From positions 1-64,000 of the forward strand of contig JAEOTB010000010.1 in assembly GCA_016840065.1 (NCBI GenBank): DNA of 64,000 nucleotides, written 5' to 3'. Made by a program: the position numbers and the translations under genes. This document shows positions 48,039 through 56,242 of the stretch, in pieces. The notes under the pieces were generated by a model that searched no databases, was not told the DNA's origin, and saw only the letters and a list, made by a program, of their open reading frames with translations. Positions within the stretch are counted from its first letter, which is position 1; each line of letters begins with the position of its first letter. The DNA comes from Candidatus Hermodarchaeota archaeon (GTDB lineage: Archaea > Asgardarchaeota > Hermodarchaeia > Hermodarchaeales > Hermodarchaeaceae).

Positions 48039-48776
48039 CTAAATTTTTATTTCGAGAACTTCCTGTTCCTTGTCTAGCCAGCGGGCCCTCTTCTGTTTCA
48101 CAAGAATGTCAAGGATTTCGCGTAGTTCAGACTTTGGAAGGCTTTCTAGATCATCACGGTGCTCTTTTAGCTTGAATAACGTAAATGTTGTACGTCCAGT
48201 CTCTAATGCCCAACGGTGAATCTCGTCTGCCCACTCCTCGTCTGTCTTCCAGAAAACACGGATTATTCCCTCCGCTTCATCAATCCAGCGACCTAATTCC
48301 TGTTTCACAAGACTCCCAAGTATGAATCTGACGGCACGCTGACGGTCAGAACGAATATCATTGAAGGGGCTAAGCATTACTAGCCTACGAGTGGAGACAA
48401 TATGTAGGAGGACTTCCCTGCAGAAATCAAGTGTGAATCCTGCCCATTCAGCGCTCCACTGTTCAATGTCTCCTTCTGAACTGGGAATCGCGAACATGAA
48501 AGCATAGCGACCTCGCTTTGCAATCCAGACATATCTTGATTTGAGTTGTTTTACTGCTAGTCTCGCAAGCTCCTCAACACTTCTCTCTTCTTCCTCTTCA
48601 ACAGGGAGTACAAGAACCGCAGCCTCTTCCTCTGGTTCATCCTCTTCTTCAGTTGAACGGCTAGTCTCTTGTTCTGCCTTTTCAAGGACCTGGATGTACT
48701 CCTCCTCGCTGAGGTGTACTGGTTTGGGTTTATCCTCCTTCTCCCTTGAACGCCTTCTTGGCTTCTCCTTGACCAA
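48039..48776 (-). CDS. vps25: ESCRT-II Vps25 homologue with acidic N-terminal extension
   Basis: W...W....LDFC, PF, IL..LV..G.W, VFWKT.EEWA..I..WA..G....TLF.L, LVKQ.RA tandem winged helix. Confidence 0.85.
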   Translation of the reverse strand: MVKEKPRRRSREKEDKPKPVHLSEEEYIQVLEKAEQETSRSTEEEDEPEEEAAVLVLPVEEEEERSVEELARLAVKQLKSRYVWIAKRGRYAFMFAIPSSEGDIEQWSAEWAGFTLDFCREVLLHIVSTRRLVMLSPFNDIRSDRQRAVRFILGSLVKQELGRWIDEAEGIIRVFWKTDEEWADEIHRWALETGRTTFTLFKLKEHRDDLESLPKSELREILDILVKQKRARWLDKEQEVLEIKI

Positions 48777-48790
48777 TATTCATCCCCTTT

Positions 48791-49954
48791 CTATGAGCCG
48801 TGCTTCTCTTCCCATTCTTTATACTTCTGTAATTCTTCCGGTGTTATTGTAGTATGAATGTGGCTCAAACTCTCAACAAAATCCTTCTGAGTGACAGGTC
48901 TAACTGGTTTCTCCTTATCTCGGATGTCTCCTGTGAGATCCAGTTCACGAATCGGTTCAAGAGAAGCCTCCCGGCAAATATGGGCAATATCTGAACCGGC
49001 ATAACCCTCAGTCATATTTCCTAACTGTTCAAAATCCACATCACTATCTAACTCGATGCCCCTCGTGTGTATCTCAAAAATCCGTACACGAGCATCTTGC
49101 TCGGGTGTGGGAACATAAATACGCCGCTCAAAACGACGACGAAAAGCAGGATCGATATCCCAGGGCCGGTTTGTTGCGCCTAATACAACTACTCTGTCTC
49201 CCTTCCGGCTCTTCATACCATCAATTTCAACAAGGAATTGAGTCTTCAGACGCCGCTCTCCACCCACTTGATCACTACCCCGCTCAGCTGTTAAAGCATC
49301 AACTTCATCTAGAAAAACAATAGATGGCTGAGAATTCCTTGCAGCAGTAAAAAGCTGCTTAACCAGCCTTTCCGATTCTCCCAACCACTTAGAAACAAGC
49401 GACCCGGCGTCCGCGTTGAAGAAGGTGGCCTCTGTTTCATTAGCTACGGCTTTAGCAATCAAGGTTTTTCCGCAGCCTGGAGGTCCGAAGAGCAATACTC
49501 CTCTCCAAGGTCGGCGCGCTCCAGTGAATAAATCCGGACGGAGGATTGGTAGAATAATGGCTTCGCGTAAAGCTTGCTTTGCTTCTTCTAGATTCGCCAC
49601 ATCATCCCATTTCACACTGGGTTTCTCTCGAACAACCAAGCTCGCAATATCATCCTGCAACTCCGAATCTGGACCCTCAACCTCTGTATCCCCAATATCG
49701 GGGCCAGAACCCCCTACTCTAACACGCCCACTCCTTAGTAATTTCGCCCGGGCAATATACTGCTCTGCCCTCTCCAAGGCAATAATACGCATCTTAGGCA
49801 TCCTAGAAATCCTTGCTGCCTTGGCAAGAATATCAGCAGCTTCGATGTAAATGGAAGCAGCCTCTGATCGCTTCCCCGCTCTATCGTATTCAGCTGCCTT
49901 CCCCGCTTTTTCTTCAGCGATTCTCATAAGGTATTGTGCACTGCTCAACTCCAA
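48791..49954 (-). CDS. vps4: Vps4 MIT-AAA+ ATPase
   Basis: N-terminal MIT helices, KPSVKWDDVANLE.AK.ALREA, GPPGCGKT, SKWLGESE pore loop, FLDEVD, ATNRPW, RRRFERR; start TTG 49954 or 49948. Confidence 0.96.
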   Translation of the reverse strand: MELSSAQYLMRIAEEKAGKAAEYDRAGKRSEAASIYIEAADILAKAARISRMPKMRIIALERAEQYIARAKLLRSGRVRVGGSGPDIGDTEVEGPDSELQDDIASLVVREKPSVKWDDVANLEEAKQALREAIILPILRPDLFTGARRPWRGVLLFGPPGCGKTLIAKAVANETEATFFNADAGSLVSKWLGESERLVKQLFTAARNSQPSIVFLDEVDALTAERGSDQVGGERRLKTQFLVEIDGMKSRKGDRVVVLGATNRPWDIDPAFRRRFERRIYVPTPEQDARVRIFEIHTRGIELDSDVDFEQLGNMTEGYAGSDIAHICREASLEPIRELDLTGDIRDKEKPVRPVTQKDFVESLSHIHTTITPEELQKYKEWEEKHGS

Positions 49955-50025
49955 TCAACCTACCAGACAGGTCACAAGCCACTAGTAATAAAACGCCTTC
50001 TTTAAGATATTGTGCGCTGCTCAAC
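49927..50025. repeat. 23-nt direct repeat pair (21/23 identical, 76-nt spacing), each an imperfect palindrome
   Basis: TAAGGTATTGTGCACTGCTCAAC (49927-49949) and TAAGATATTGTGCGCTGCTCAAC (50003-50025). Confidence 0.9.
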
Positions 50026-50187
50026 ATAGAGTCTATGCGGAACGTAAGGGAGTAGAACCTCTCGTGCGTGTTACACGTCCCAGCAATGACAGCCATTTAC
50101 AAAGACTTAATTTGTTGTATTCTAATTAACTTATGTCGAAAAGATAATAAGCCTCTCTTTAGCTGGAGGAAACTGGAAGCTAATAAA

Positions 50188-50799
50188 ATGTCAGCAATAA
50201 GACGATTTAAGCAATGGCTCGGAGGCAAGCCTTCACTCAAACAACTTATCTTTAGACTTGATGTTTTCTGTCGGAAATTAGATTTGCAGCGGAAGATGTT
50301 AGAGAAGGAGGCTAGTAAGAGTCGTCAGAAGGCGAAGAGGTATCGGCTTCAGGGTAACATGGATGCTGTTCGTCTTTATCTACAGCATCATTTGCGTTTT
50401 CAGAAATGGGCTCTTTCTGTTGACGCATATCGCTTACGTATTGAAGGGTTACAAACCCAGTTACGACAGAGCGAGGCAATGGGAGACCTTGCGAAGATTC
50501 TTGGCCAGCTAAACGCTGCTTTGGGTGGATTGAAAACCCAGGTCAAGGTGCCCGAAGTTGCCCAATTGGTGGATCAGATTGAAGGGAACCTTCGACACTT
50601 TGAAATGACCCAAGAGATTGCTGATACGGGTATGGAACGTATGTCGGTTTCAACTGAAGTTACTGATGGTGAAGTTAGCCAGGCATTAACTGATCTTGAC
50701 CAAGAAATCGAAGTAGAAACTGGTACAGCACTTCCACAGCCAGAACAGCGAGTTTCACAATTAGAAGAAGAGATTAGGAGACTAAAGGAGGAAAGCTAG
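50188..50799 (+). CDS. ESCRT-III, Vps2/24/46 class (ESCRT-IIIA)
   Basis: Amphipathic N-terminus IRRFKQWLGG, basic hairpin with GN..A.R.Y, acidic half, C-terminal LEEEIRRLK; ATG 50188 preferred over 50068. Confidence 0.88.
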   Translation: MSAIRRFKQWLGGKPSLKQLIFRLDVFCRKLDLQRKMLEKEASKSRQKAKRYRLQGNMDAVRLYLQHHLRFQKWALSVDAYRLRIEGLQTQLRQSEAMGDLAKILGQLNAALGGLKTQVKVPEVAQLVDQIEGNLRHFEMTQEIADTGMERMSVSTEVTDGEVSQALTDLDQEIEVETGTALPQPEQRVSQLEEEIRRLKEES

Positions 50800-51456
50800 A
50801 TGGCAAAAGGAAGATTTAGCTCTCTCTGGGAGAGACTTTTCCCAAGGAAGCCTGAGCCAAAGGAAGACACTGTAGCTCGTATTCATCGTGTCGTCGATTT
50901 ACTTGAGGTTCGCGGTCGGCAATACGAGACAAAAGCAAAGGATTCTCGGGTCAAGGCGATTCGTTATGTGAAACGCGGAGACCGGAAAGCGGCAAAGCTT
51001 CAGCTTAGGAGGCGTTCAAGATACCTCCGAAAAGCTAGACTGGTTGAACAAGAAATCGACCTAATGGAGCGAGGAGTCGAAGCAATCGAGCAAGCCAAAG
51101 GCGAAGCAGAAGTCATGGGAGCGCTTCGCGGTATCGGAGCCACCCTCGAACAGCTACGTGAAACTGCGTCACCTGAATCTGCCCGGGAAACCATCCTAGA
51201 AACCCAAGCACTGATTGAGGAAGCAGAGTCAACAGAAGAAATTCTTGGTCTTGGCTTAGACGACGAAGAGTTGGATGCAGATGTCGAAGCAGAGCTGGAA
51301 GACATCGAGACATTAGTCGCTCTTGAAGAAGCAGGACAACTACCTACAGTTCCTGTAGGCGAGTCAGAGACTACAACAGGAGAACTAACGTCAGAGGAAC
51401 GACGTGAGCGTACCCGCAAAGAACTTGATCGCCTTAGGAAGGAATTAGAAGAATAA
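50800..51456 (+). CDS. ESCRT-III, Snf7/Vps20/32/60 class (ESCRT-IIIB)
   Basis: LWERLFP N-terminal helix, GDRKAAKLQLRRR..Y, DDEELDADVEAEL, LPTVP, ELDRLRKEL. Confidence 0.9.
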   Translation: MAKGRFSSLWERLFPRKPEPKEDTVARIHRVVDLLEVRGRQYETKAKDSRVKAIRYVKRGDRKAAKLQLRRRSRYLRKARLVEQEIDLMERGVEAIEQAKGEAEVMGALRGIGATLEQLRETASPESARETILETQALIEEAESTEEILGLGLDDEELDADVEAELEDIETLVALEEAGQLPTVPVGESETTTGELTSEERRERTRKELDRLRKELEE

Positions 51457-51503
51457 TCGGTCGGAGCCAACCTGAATCGTCAGTCTTGTTGCCTGAGCCT
51501 TCA

Positions 51504-53000
51504 TTAAAGGAAGGATTCATCAGTTACAGAGTGTTCTCCAGTGGCTTCACTTATTCTAGTTTCAACAAGATAAAGCTCCCGGCTCAATGAACGATATTGC
51601 TTGAAGAAACTTTCGTTAGAGATTTTTCCTTCATCGAATTGCCGCTTCAATAACTTCAACGTAGCTTGGAGGCTATACTTCTGTTGCCGTAACTGAAAGA
51701 TATGGTCGTGGGTGAGCGGACCCACCTTGCTTCTAGAAGGGGGGTAGAGTGTAGGTGTATGGCTTTGCGGTGAAGTAGGATGAGGGCGCCGAATCGAGGG
51801 AACTGAGGGGAGATCATTGGTAACTGCCTGATCTATTAGTTTATCTAGCGCATTGCGTAGCGCCATAATATCCACTTTCAGTTCTGTCACTCGTATAGAT
51901 CCCTTTATAGTAACAAGACTGTGTTCGCTGAAATTCTGGGCTAAAGTAATGGTCTTTGAAATCTCCTGGAGTGTTTCAGAAGACCCCCGAAGCCTTAATT
52001 CCTCATCATCAGTAATGACAATAAGTCTTCGGCGGAGGCGCCCCTCCTCTCTTATACCAGTAATCGCTGGCAGAGGTAGAGAACGAATCACAGATGTGTC
52101 ACGCTTAATCAAACCGGTTTGACCTAGAAACAGGAGTCGTCGGGTTGTCACGAAAAGAGTGCCTTGGCTCATCCTTTTTCCTGTCTCTGTTTTACCCAGA
52201 CTGATAGAGGGAATTGCAGCAACAGCCTTTTCCTCTTCACCGATGTCAAGGTGATCAGAGTATTTAGTAAATATCGTGTGCCAGCGCTGCAGAGGTTGTA
52301 GGTCTTGTTCGATTGTCTCTAACACATCTTTTAATTCCTTAACTAGCTCTATGCAATACGTTTCGTAATCGTCGATGTCCTCTTGGATGCCCTCTATTAG
52401 TCCTGCTAGAAGTGGAAAATCTGAAACCTGCCATTTTTCTGGATGGATGAATCTTGCTTTGCTTGCTCTGTGTCGTTCAACTATCTTTTGAGCTCGAAAT
52501 AATATTCGTTCATTTACTGCTGGAATAGCTTTCGTGATAAGTTCCAGTAAATTCTTCTCTATCTCAGGATTGTGGAGAAAACCGCCTGTACGAAGCTCTC
52601 TAATCTGCCACCGTACTGTTCTCAAGCGGGTAGCAAACCCTGTTAGTAATTCATGTCCCACTCGAAGCTCATAGTAAGCTGTGCGAAATCGGCTAACTAG
52701 GTTCTGCCGCATGTTGTGTATTGGTGTCACGTTGTCTGAATTGCAGTTAACACATAGGTTCTCACGGCGGGTTGCAAGTTGTGCTGGCTCTCCGCATTCT
52801 CTGCAAACTGTCCCCTCATCAGTTTGCTCAATGGCACTAGGACCACACCGACTACAGGTATCGAATTCACTTACTTTGTGTCGAGAACATTTAACGCAGA
52901 AAACATAACCACAATCCATGCAGCACCGCTCAACTACACGGATGCGGCACACGGGACACAACGAATTGTTACTTTGTGGTCCTTGTTTTGGTAGGGACAT
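51504..53000 (-). CDS. Multidomain FYVE-like Zn finger / coiled coil / PH(GRAM-GLUE-like) / Pro-rich / steadiness-box protein
   Basis: Six CxxC pairs including CMDCGYVFCVKCS; GTLFVTTRRLLF; PHPTSP; SLQATLKLLKRQFDEGKISNESFFKQYRSLSRELY. Confidence 0.75.
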   Translation of the reverse strand: MSLPKQGPQSNNSLCPVCRIRVVERCCMDCGYVFCVKCSRHKVSEFDTCSRCGPSAIEQTDEGTVCRECGEPAQLATRRENLCVNCNSDNVTPIHNMRQNLVSRFRTAYYELRVGHELLTGFATRLRTVRWQIRELRTGGFLHNPEIEKNLLELITKAIPAVNERILFRAQKIVERHRASKARFIHPEKWQVSDFPLLAGLIEGIQEDIDDYETYCIELVKELKDVLETIEQDLQPLQRWHTIFTKYSDHLDIGEEEKAVAAIPSISLGKTETGKRMSQGTLFVTTRRLLFLGQTGLIKRDTSVIRSLPLPAITGIREEGRLRRRLIVITDDEELRLRGSSETLQEISKTITLAQNFSEHSLVTIKGSIRVTELKVDIMALRNALDKLIDQAVTNDLPSVPSIRRPHPTSPQSHTPTLYPPSRSKVGPLTHDHIFQLRQQKYSLQATLKLLKRQFDEGKISNESFFKQYRSLSRELYLVETRISEATGEHSVTDESFL

Positions 53001-53070
53001 GGTTCAACGTCAATGGAGTTGTAGAAATAGTTTTCGTGAGACTACGAGACGCCTACAGAATGCAAAGAGG

Positions 53071-53820
53071 TCAGGTCTCGGGGCGACGAGAAGAAGATTG
53101 AGGGCGCCTAATAAGGAAGCTCTCTAACCCGCGGGGAGATGGAAAATCAATTAATAAAATCCTCTTGCGAAGAGGTAAAGCTACATTGAAGATAGGTGTT
53201 GTTCCCACTAGACCTTGTTTTAACCCTTGGTGAGCGTGACCATGAACAGCCAAGGTTGGATTGTGCTTCTTGAGTAGTGCTTCAACGCGGCGGGACCCCA
53301 TCTGGGGAAGTGCACGTCTCATTTCACCACTGAGAGTCTTGAAAGATGGAGAATAATGCGAGAGAAGAATAGTGTGTTCAGCTTCGGAACTTGCTTTAGC
53401 GAGGAGTGTATCCAATGTTTTTACACGTCTAGTGTAACGATTACGGATTCCTTTCACATATCTAGACTGCCAGAAGGTCGGCTGATCAAGAACACCTCTC
53501 GTGCCCACAATCGCTACCCGCTCCGCGTTTAATGAGGTGATTCTCATCTCGTCATCTAGAAAGGTGATGACATCTTTAGTTCTCCTCCGTAATTCATCTT
53601 TTATTGTATCGTACTCGTCATTACCAAAAACTGCAAATATTGGGCAGTTTAGCTCTGCCAGAAGTTCTGTTAAAGGGTTTATGGCATCGACGTTACCACG
53701 ATTTACCAAATCGCCTGCCAGTAATAACAATGATGGACTACTAGATAGTTGGTTCAGGGACTTAACAAAGGATTCCCTGAATCGGGGCCAGTGTATGTCG
53801 CTTGTTGCGGCGAGATGCAA
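53071..53820 (-). CDS. Calcineurin-like metallophosphoesterase (Icc-related)
   Basis: SDIH, AGDL, FGNDE, SHY, HGHAH. Confidence 0.9.
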   Translation of the reverse strand: MHLAATSDIHWPRFRESFVKSLNQLSSSPSLLLLAGDLVNRGNVDAINPLTELLAELNCPIFAVFGNDEYDTIKDELRRRTKDVITFLDDEMRITSLNAERVAIVGTRGVLDQPTFWQSRYVKGIRNRYTRRVKTLDTLLAKASSEAEHTILLSHYSPSFKTLSGEMRRALPQMGSRRVEALLKKHNPTLAVHGHAHQGLKQGLVGTTPIFNVALPLRKRILLIDFPSPRGLESFLIRRPQSSSRRPET

Positions 53821-53844
53821 GTGTTTTTCCTCTTTAATTAAGTG

Positions 53845-54771
53845 TTAAAGGGCAGCAAAGATGAAATTTATTAGACCTAGGAAAGCACCGAGTTTATCAG
53901 CTAGGCTAGCGCGGGAGGCATTTTTCCTCGGATTTCGCAAGATTAGGATGGCAGAGGCAGCAACACAAATGGTTCCTGGGACGAGTAGAATTATGTAAAG
54001 GGGACCGGTCCAAGGTAAACCAAACCACGTCCACCCAACCCAATTCACGAGATATGGCAATAGGAAGCCTGAAACACCAATTACATTGAATACAGCAGCA
54101 ATTCTTGCAGCTGTACGTACCCCATATTTCCGCGCAAGAGTTTGTACATCGCGTAGCTCATCACCCTCAATGTCTTCTATCCCCTTTATCGCTTCTCGAC
54201 CTTGAAGGACACTGGCAGCAGTAATGAAGTAAATCCAAATGACTGGAGGTATTAAAGGAGAAGTGATAAGTGCGCCATAGAATAAGCCAAAGGCGAAGCT
54301 AACAGAAACAGCGAAATTACCCAAGAGACCCATTACCTTTCCCTTTGCGGCATAGAGTAGGCCAACAAGGCAGAAGAGGGCGGCAATTGCTAATGTCCAA
54401 ACCTCAACAGCGGACAGAGATATTGTAAAGAAGGAAAAAAGAAGACCAAAGAAGACAAGAATAACTGTCCATACTTTGGCTTGCCGAATCGACATTTCCC
54501 CACTTGGGAGTGGGCGGGTGGGTCGGTTTACCTTGTCAATTTCAAGATCGTAAATGTCGTTTACGACATTCCCTGCAGCGGCAATGCACAGATAGGTTAT
54601 CGAGGCTAGAAGTAAAATCCACCCTAATGGTGTTGTAAATAAGTGGGTCAGGTCAAAATAACCGGTGCCAGTTGTAAATCTGTAGCTTGTCAGAACTCCA
54701 ATTATAACGGTAAGGGCTCCGACGAAAGTGTTTCCTGGACGTGTGATGGTGATGAATGCCTTCAGAGACAT
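53845..54771 (-). CDS. UbiA prenyltransferase, probable digeranylgeranylglyceryl-phosphate synthase
   Basis: TRPGN, NDIYDLEIDKVNRPTRPLPSG, GN..V, REAIKGIEDIEGD, multiple TM helices. Confidence 0.85.
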   Translation of the reverse strand: MSLKAFITITRPGNTFVGALTVIIGVLTSYRFTTGTGYFDLTHLFTTPLGWILLLASITYLCIAAAGNVVNDIYDLEIDKVNRPTRPLPSGEMSIRQAKVWTVILVFFGLLFSFFTISLSAVEVWTLAIAALFCLVGLLYAAKGKVMGLLGNFAVSVSFAFGLFYGALITSPLIPPVIWIYFITAASVLQGREAIKGIEDIEGDELRDVQTLARKYGVRTAARIAAVFNVIGVSGFLLPYLVNWVGWTWFGLPWTGPLYIILLVPGTICVAASAILILRNPRKNASRASLADKLGAFLGLINFIFAAL

Positions 54772-54947
54772 GGAATATTGCCTCGGTTACTGTTTCTGTT
54801 GTGTCTCTTGTTATAAATAGACATTACGTTTAGTACAAGGTCAAGGAATAGTTTCGATGAACACCCCTTTCGTTGTCTGTCTACCATAATTTCTTGTCAT
54901 GAATACCCAATTAAAGGTAGTCTAACCTGGAAAAGACTGGGTTTTGC

Positions 54948-55925
54948 ATGGAGTCCGATGGAGCACCTCACATTATTCGGGAGCTCCCTAGTTTAAAGAG
55001 CCAGATAAAACTCGGTTATACGATAAAAGGGAGCGAGGCACACCCTTTCAATCTCATGCTGAAGGATTTCCGTAACCTAGTAATTTTGGGTGAACATGCT
55101 AAGGATATCTACTACCTTTTCTTAAGTCAGCTCTGTGACCAACTTCAGTTACCAATTGTAGTTCTCAAAGAAAAAAATGAAGATGACCTTGAGAGCTTGA
55201 TTTGTGAGATTCCAATCTGGCATCTAGACACTGAAGTCAGTCAGTTAATCCTAAATCCATTAGATTTAGGAGACAAGGCCACACCTATTCACGCCCACAT
55301 CCTAGCCAGCATACTCTCGCATACTTACAAATTATCCCTTAAAGCACAGAAGCTTCTCCAAGTTGCGATATGGAGTACCATCAAAACTAGTCCAAAGCCG
55401 TCACTCCAAGAACTTCGCCAAAGCCTTCAATATTTTGAAGAACATGAAGCTACTCACAACGAACTACATTACTTGCTAGAGGCTCTTGACAAAGCCAACA
55501 TCTTTGGTTCCTTCGACAATGTATCACTCGGTCGGTTTCACTCTGTACCAACAATCCTCTCAGTGCCAAGAAATAGTAGAGGCCGCCTCGTAGCAAATCT
55601 ACTTCTATTGAAGCTCCTTGCGGGTCAAGTTTTAGCTCTGCCCCCTCTGGTAATCTTCGATCTTCCCCTTGATACTCTTCTTATCGAATTACTCTTCAGG
55701 AGTTATGCGACTAGCGGTGATTTTCTCCTCTTTCTTGATTCAAAGGGGAGGTTCCCTCAACTAGAATCACAGATTCCCTATAATTTAATTTTCTCAGCTT
55801 TGAGTGAATCCTCCACTTTTTGCAGGCAATTATCAACAAAAGAACGTGACATTCTCCAAAGCCATCATGATTTAGTCGCTGTGAAACTATTCAACAAACC
55901 CCTACAGCTAGTAAATGTATTCTAA
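54948..55925 (+). CDS. Degenerate HerA/VirB4-like protein lacking the Walker A motif
   Basis: IKLG...PFNL...DFRNLVILGEHAK, LPIVVL, LNPLD, PSLQEL, LVIFD: HerA-like scaffold without GxxGxGKT. Confidence 0.5.
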   Translation: MESDGAPHIIRELPSLKSQIKLGYTIKGSEAHPFNLMLKDFRNLVILGEHAKDIYYLFLSQLCDQLQLPIVVLKEKNEDDLESLICEIPIWHLDTEVSQLILNPLDLGDKATPIHAHILASILSHTYKLSLKAQKLLQVAIWSTIKTSPKPSLQELRQSLQYFEEHEATHNELHYLLEALDKANIFGSFDNVSLGRFHSVPTILSVPRNSRGRLVANLLLLKLLAGQVLALPPLVIFDLPLDTLLIELLFRSYATSGDFLLFLDSKGRFPQLESQIPYNLIFSALSESSTFCRQLSTKERDILQSHHDLVAVKLFNKPLQLVNVF

Positions 55926-55981
55926 GCTGGATTTGGGCGAATATTTATCTAGTAATCCTATCTTGGAAAATAACGGTTGCA

Positions 55982-56182
55982 TTAGACGAGTTTCTGTAAT
56001 TTCTCATCAACTCGAGCTATTTGATCCTTATCACCGAGGCGCACATACATATCTCTTGCCTGTGTATAGAGCTCCTTCGCCTTTTCTATCTCACCAATGC
56101 TCGCGTGATGATCTGCTAGCTCCTCAAGGTATGCAGCCTTTTTCTGGAAATATCCGCTAATCTGATCACTTGGCTTCGACAT
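55982..56182 (-). CDS. Small TPR/SNAP-like helical repeat protein
   Basis: A..LEELAD....GE.EKAKELY.QA...Y..LGD TPR pattern; follows aspS in the same orientation. Confidence 0.65.
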   Translation of the reverse strand: MSKPSDQISGYFQKKAAYLEELADHHASIGEIEKAKELYTQARDMYVRLGDKDQIARVDEKLQKLV

Positions 56183-56242
56183 AGGTTTTCAATAATCACT
56201 TTCGCAGAATTGCATATTAAGCTAGTGATGCATCTACTCAGT

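Noticed and set aside
53071-53820. Vps29 (retromer) homologue
   Set aside because: Its length (249 aa) and motif set fit generic Icc-like phosphoesterases; the Vps29/YfcE NPGS motif is absent.
55982-56182. Alpha-SNAP or MIT-domain orthologue
   Set aside because: Only about 1.5 TPR-like units, too short and generic to assign.
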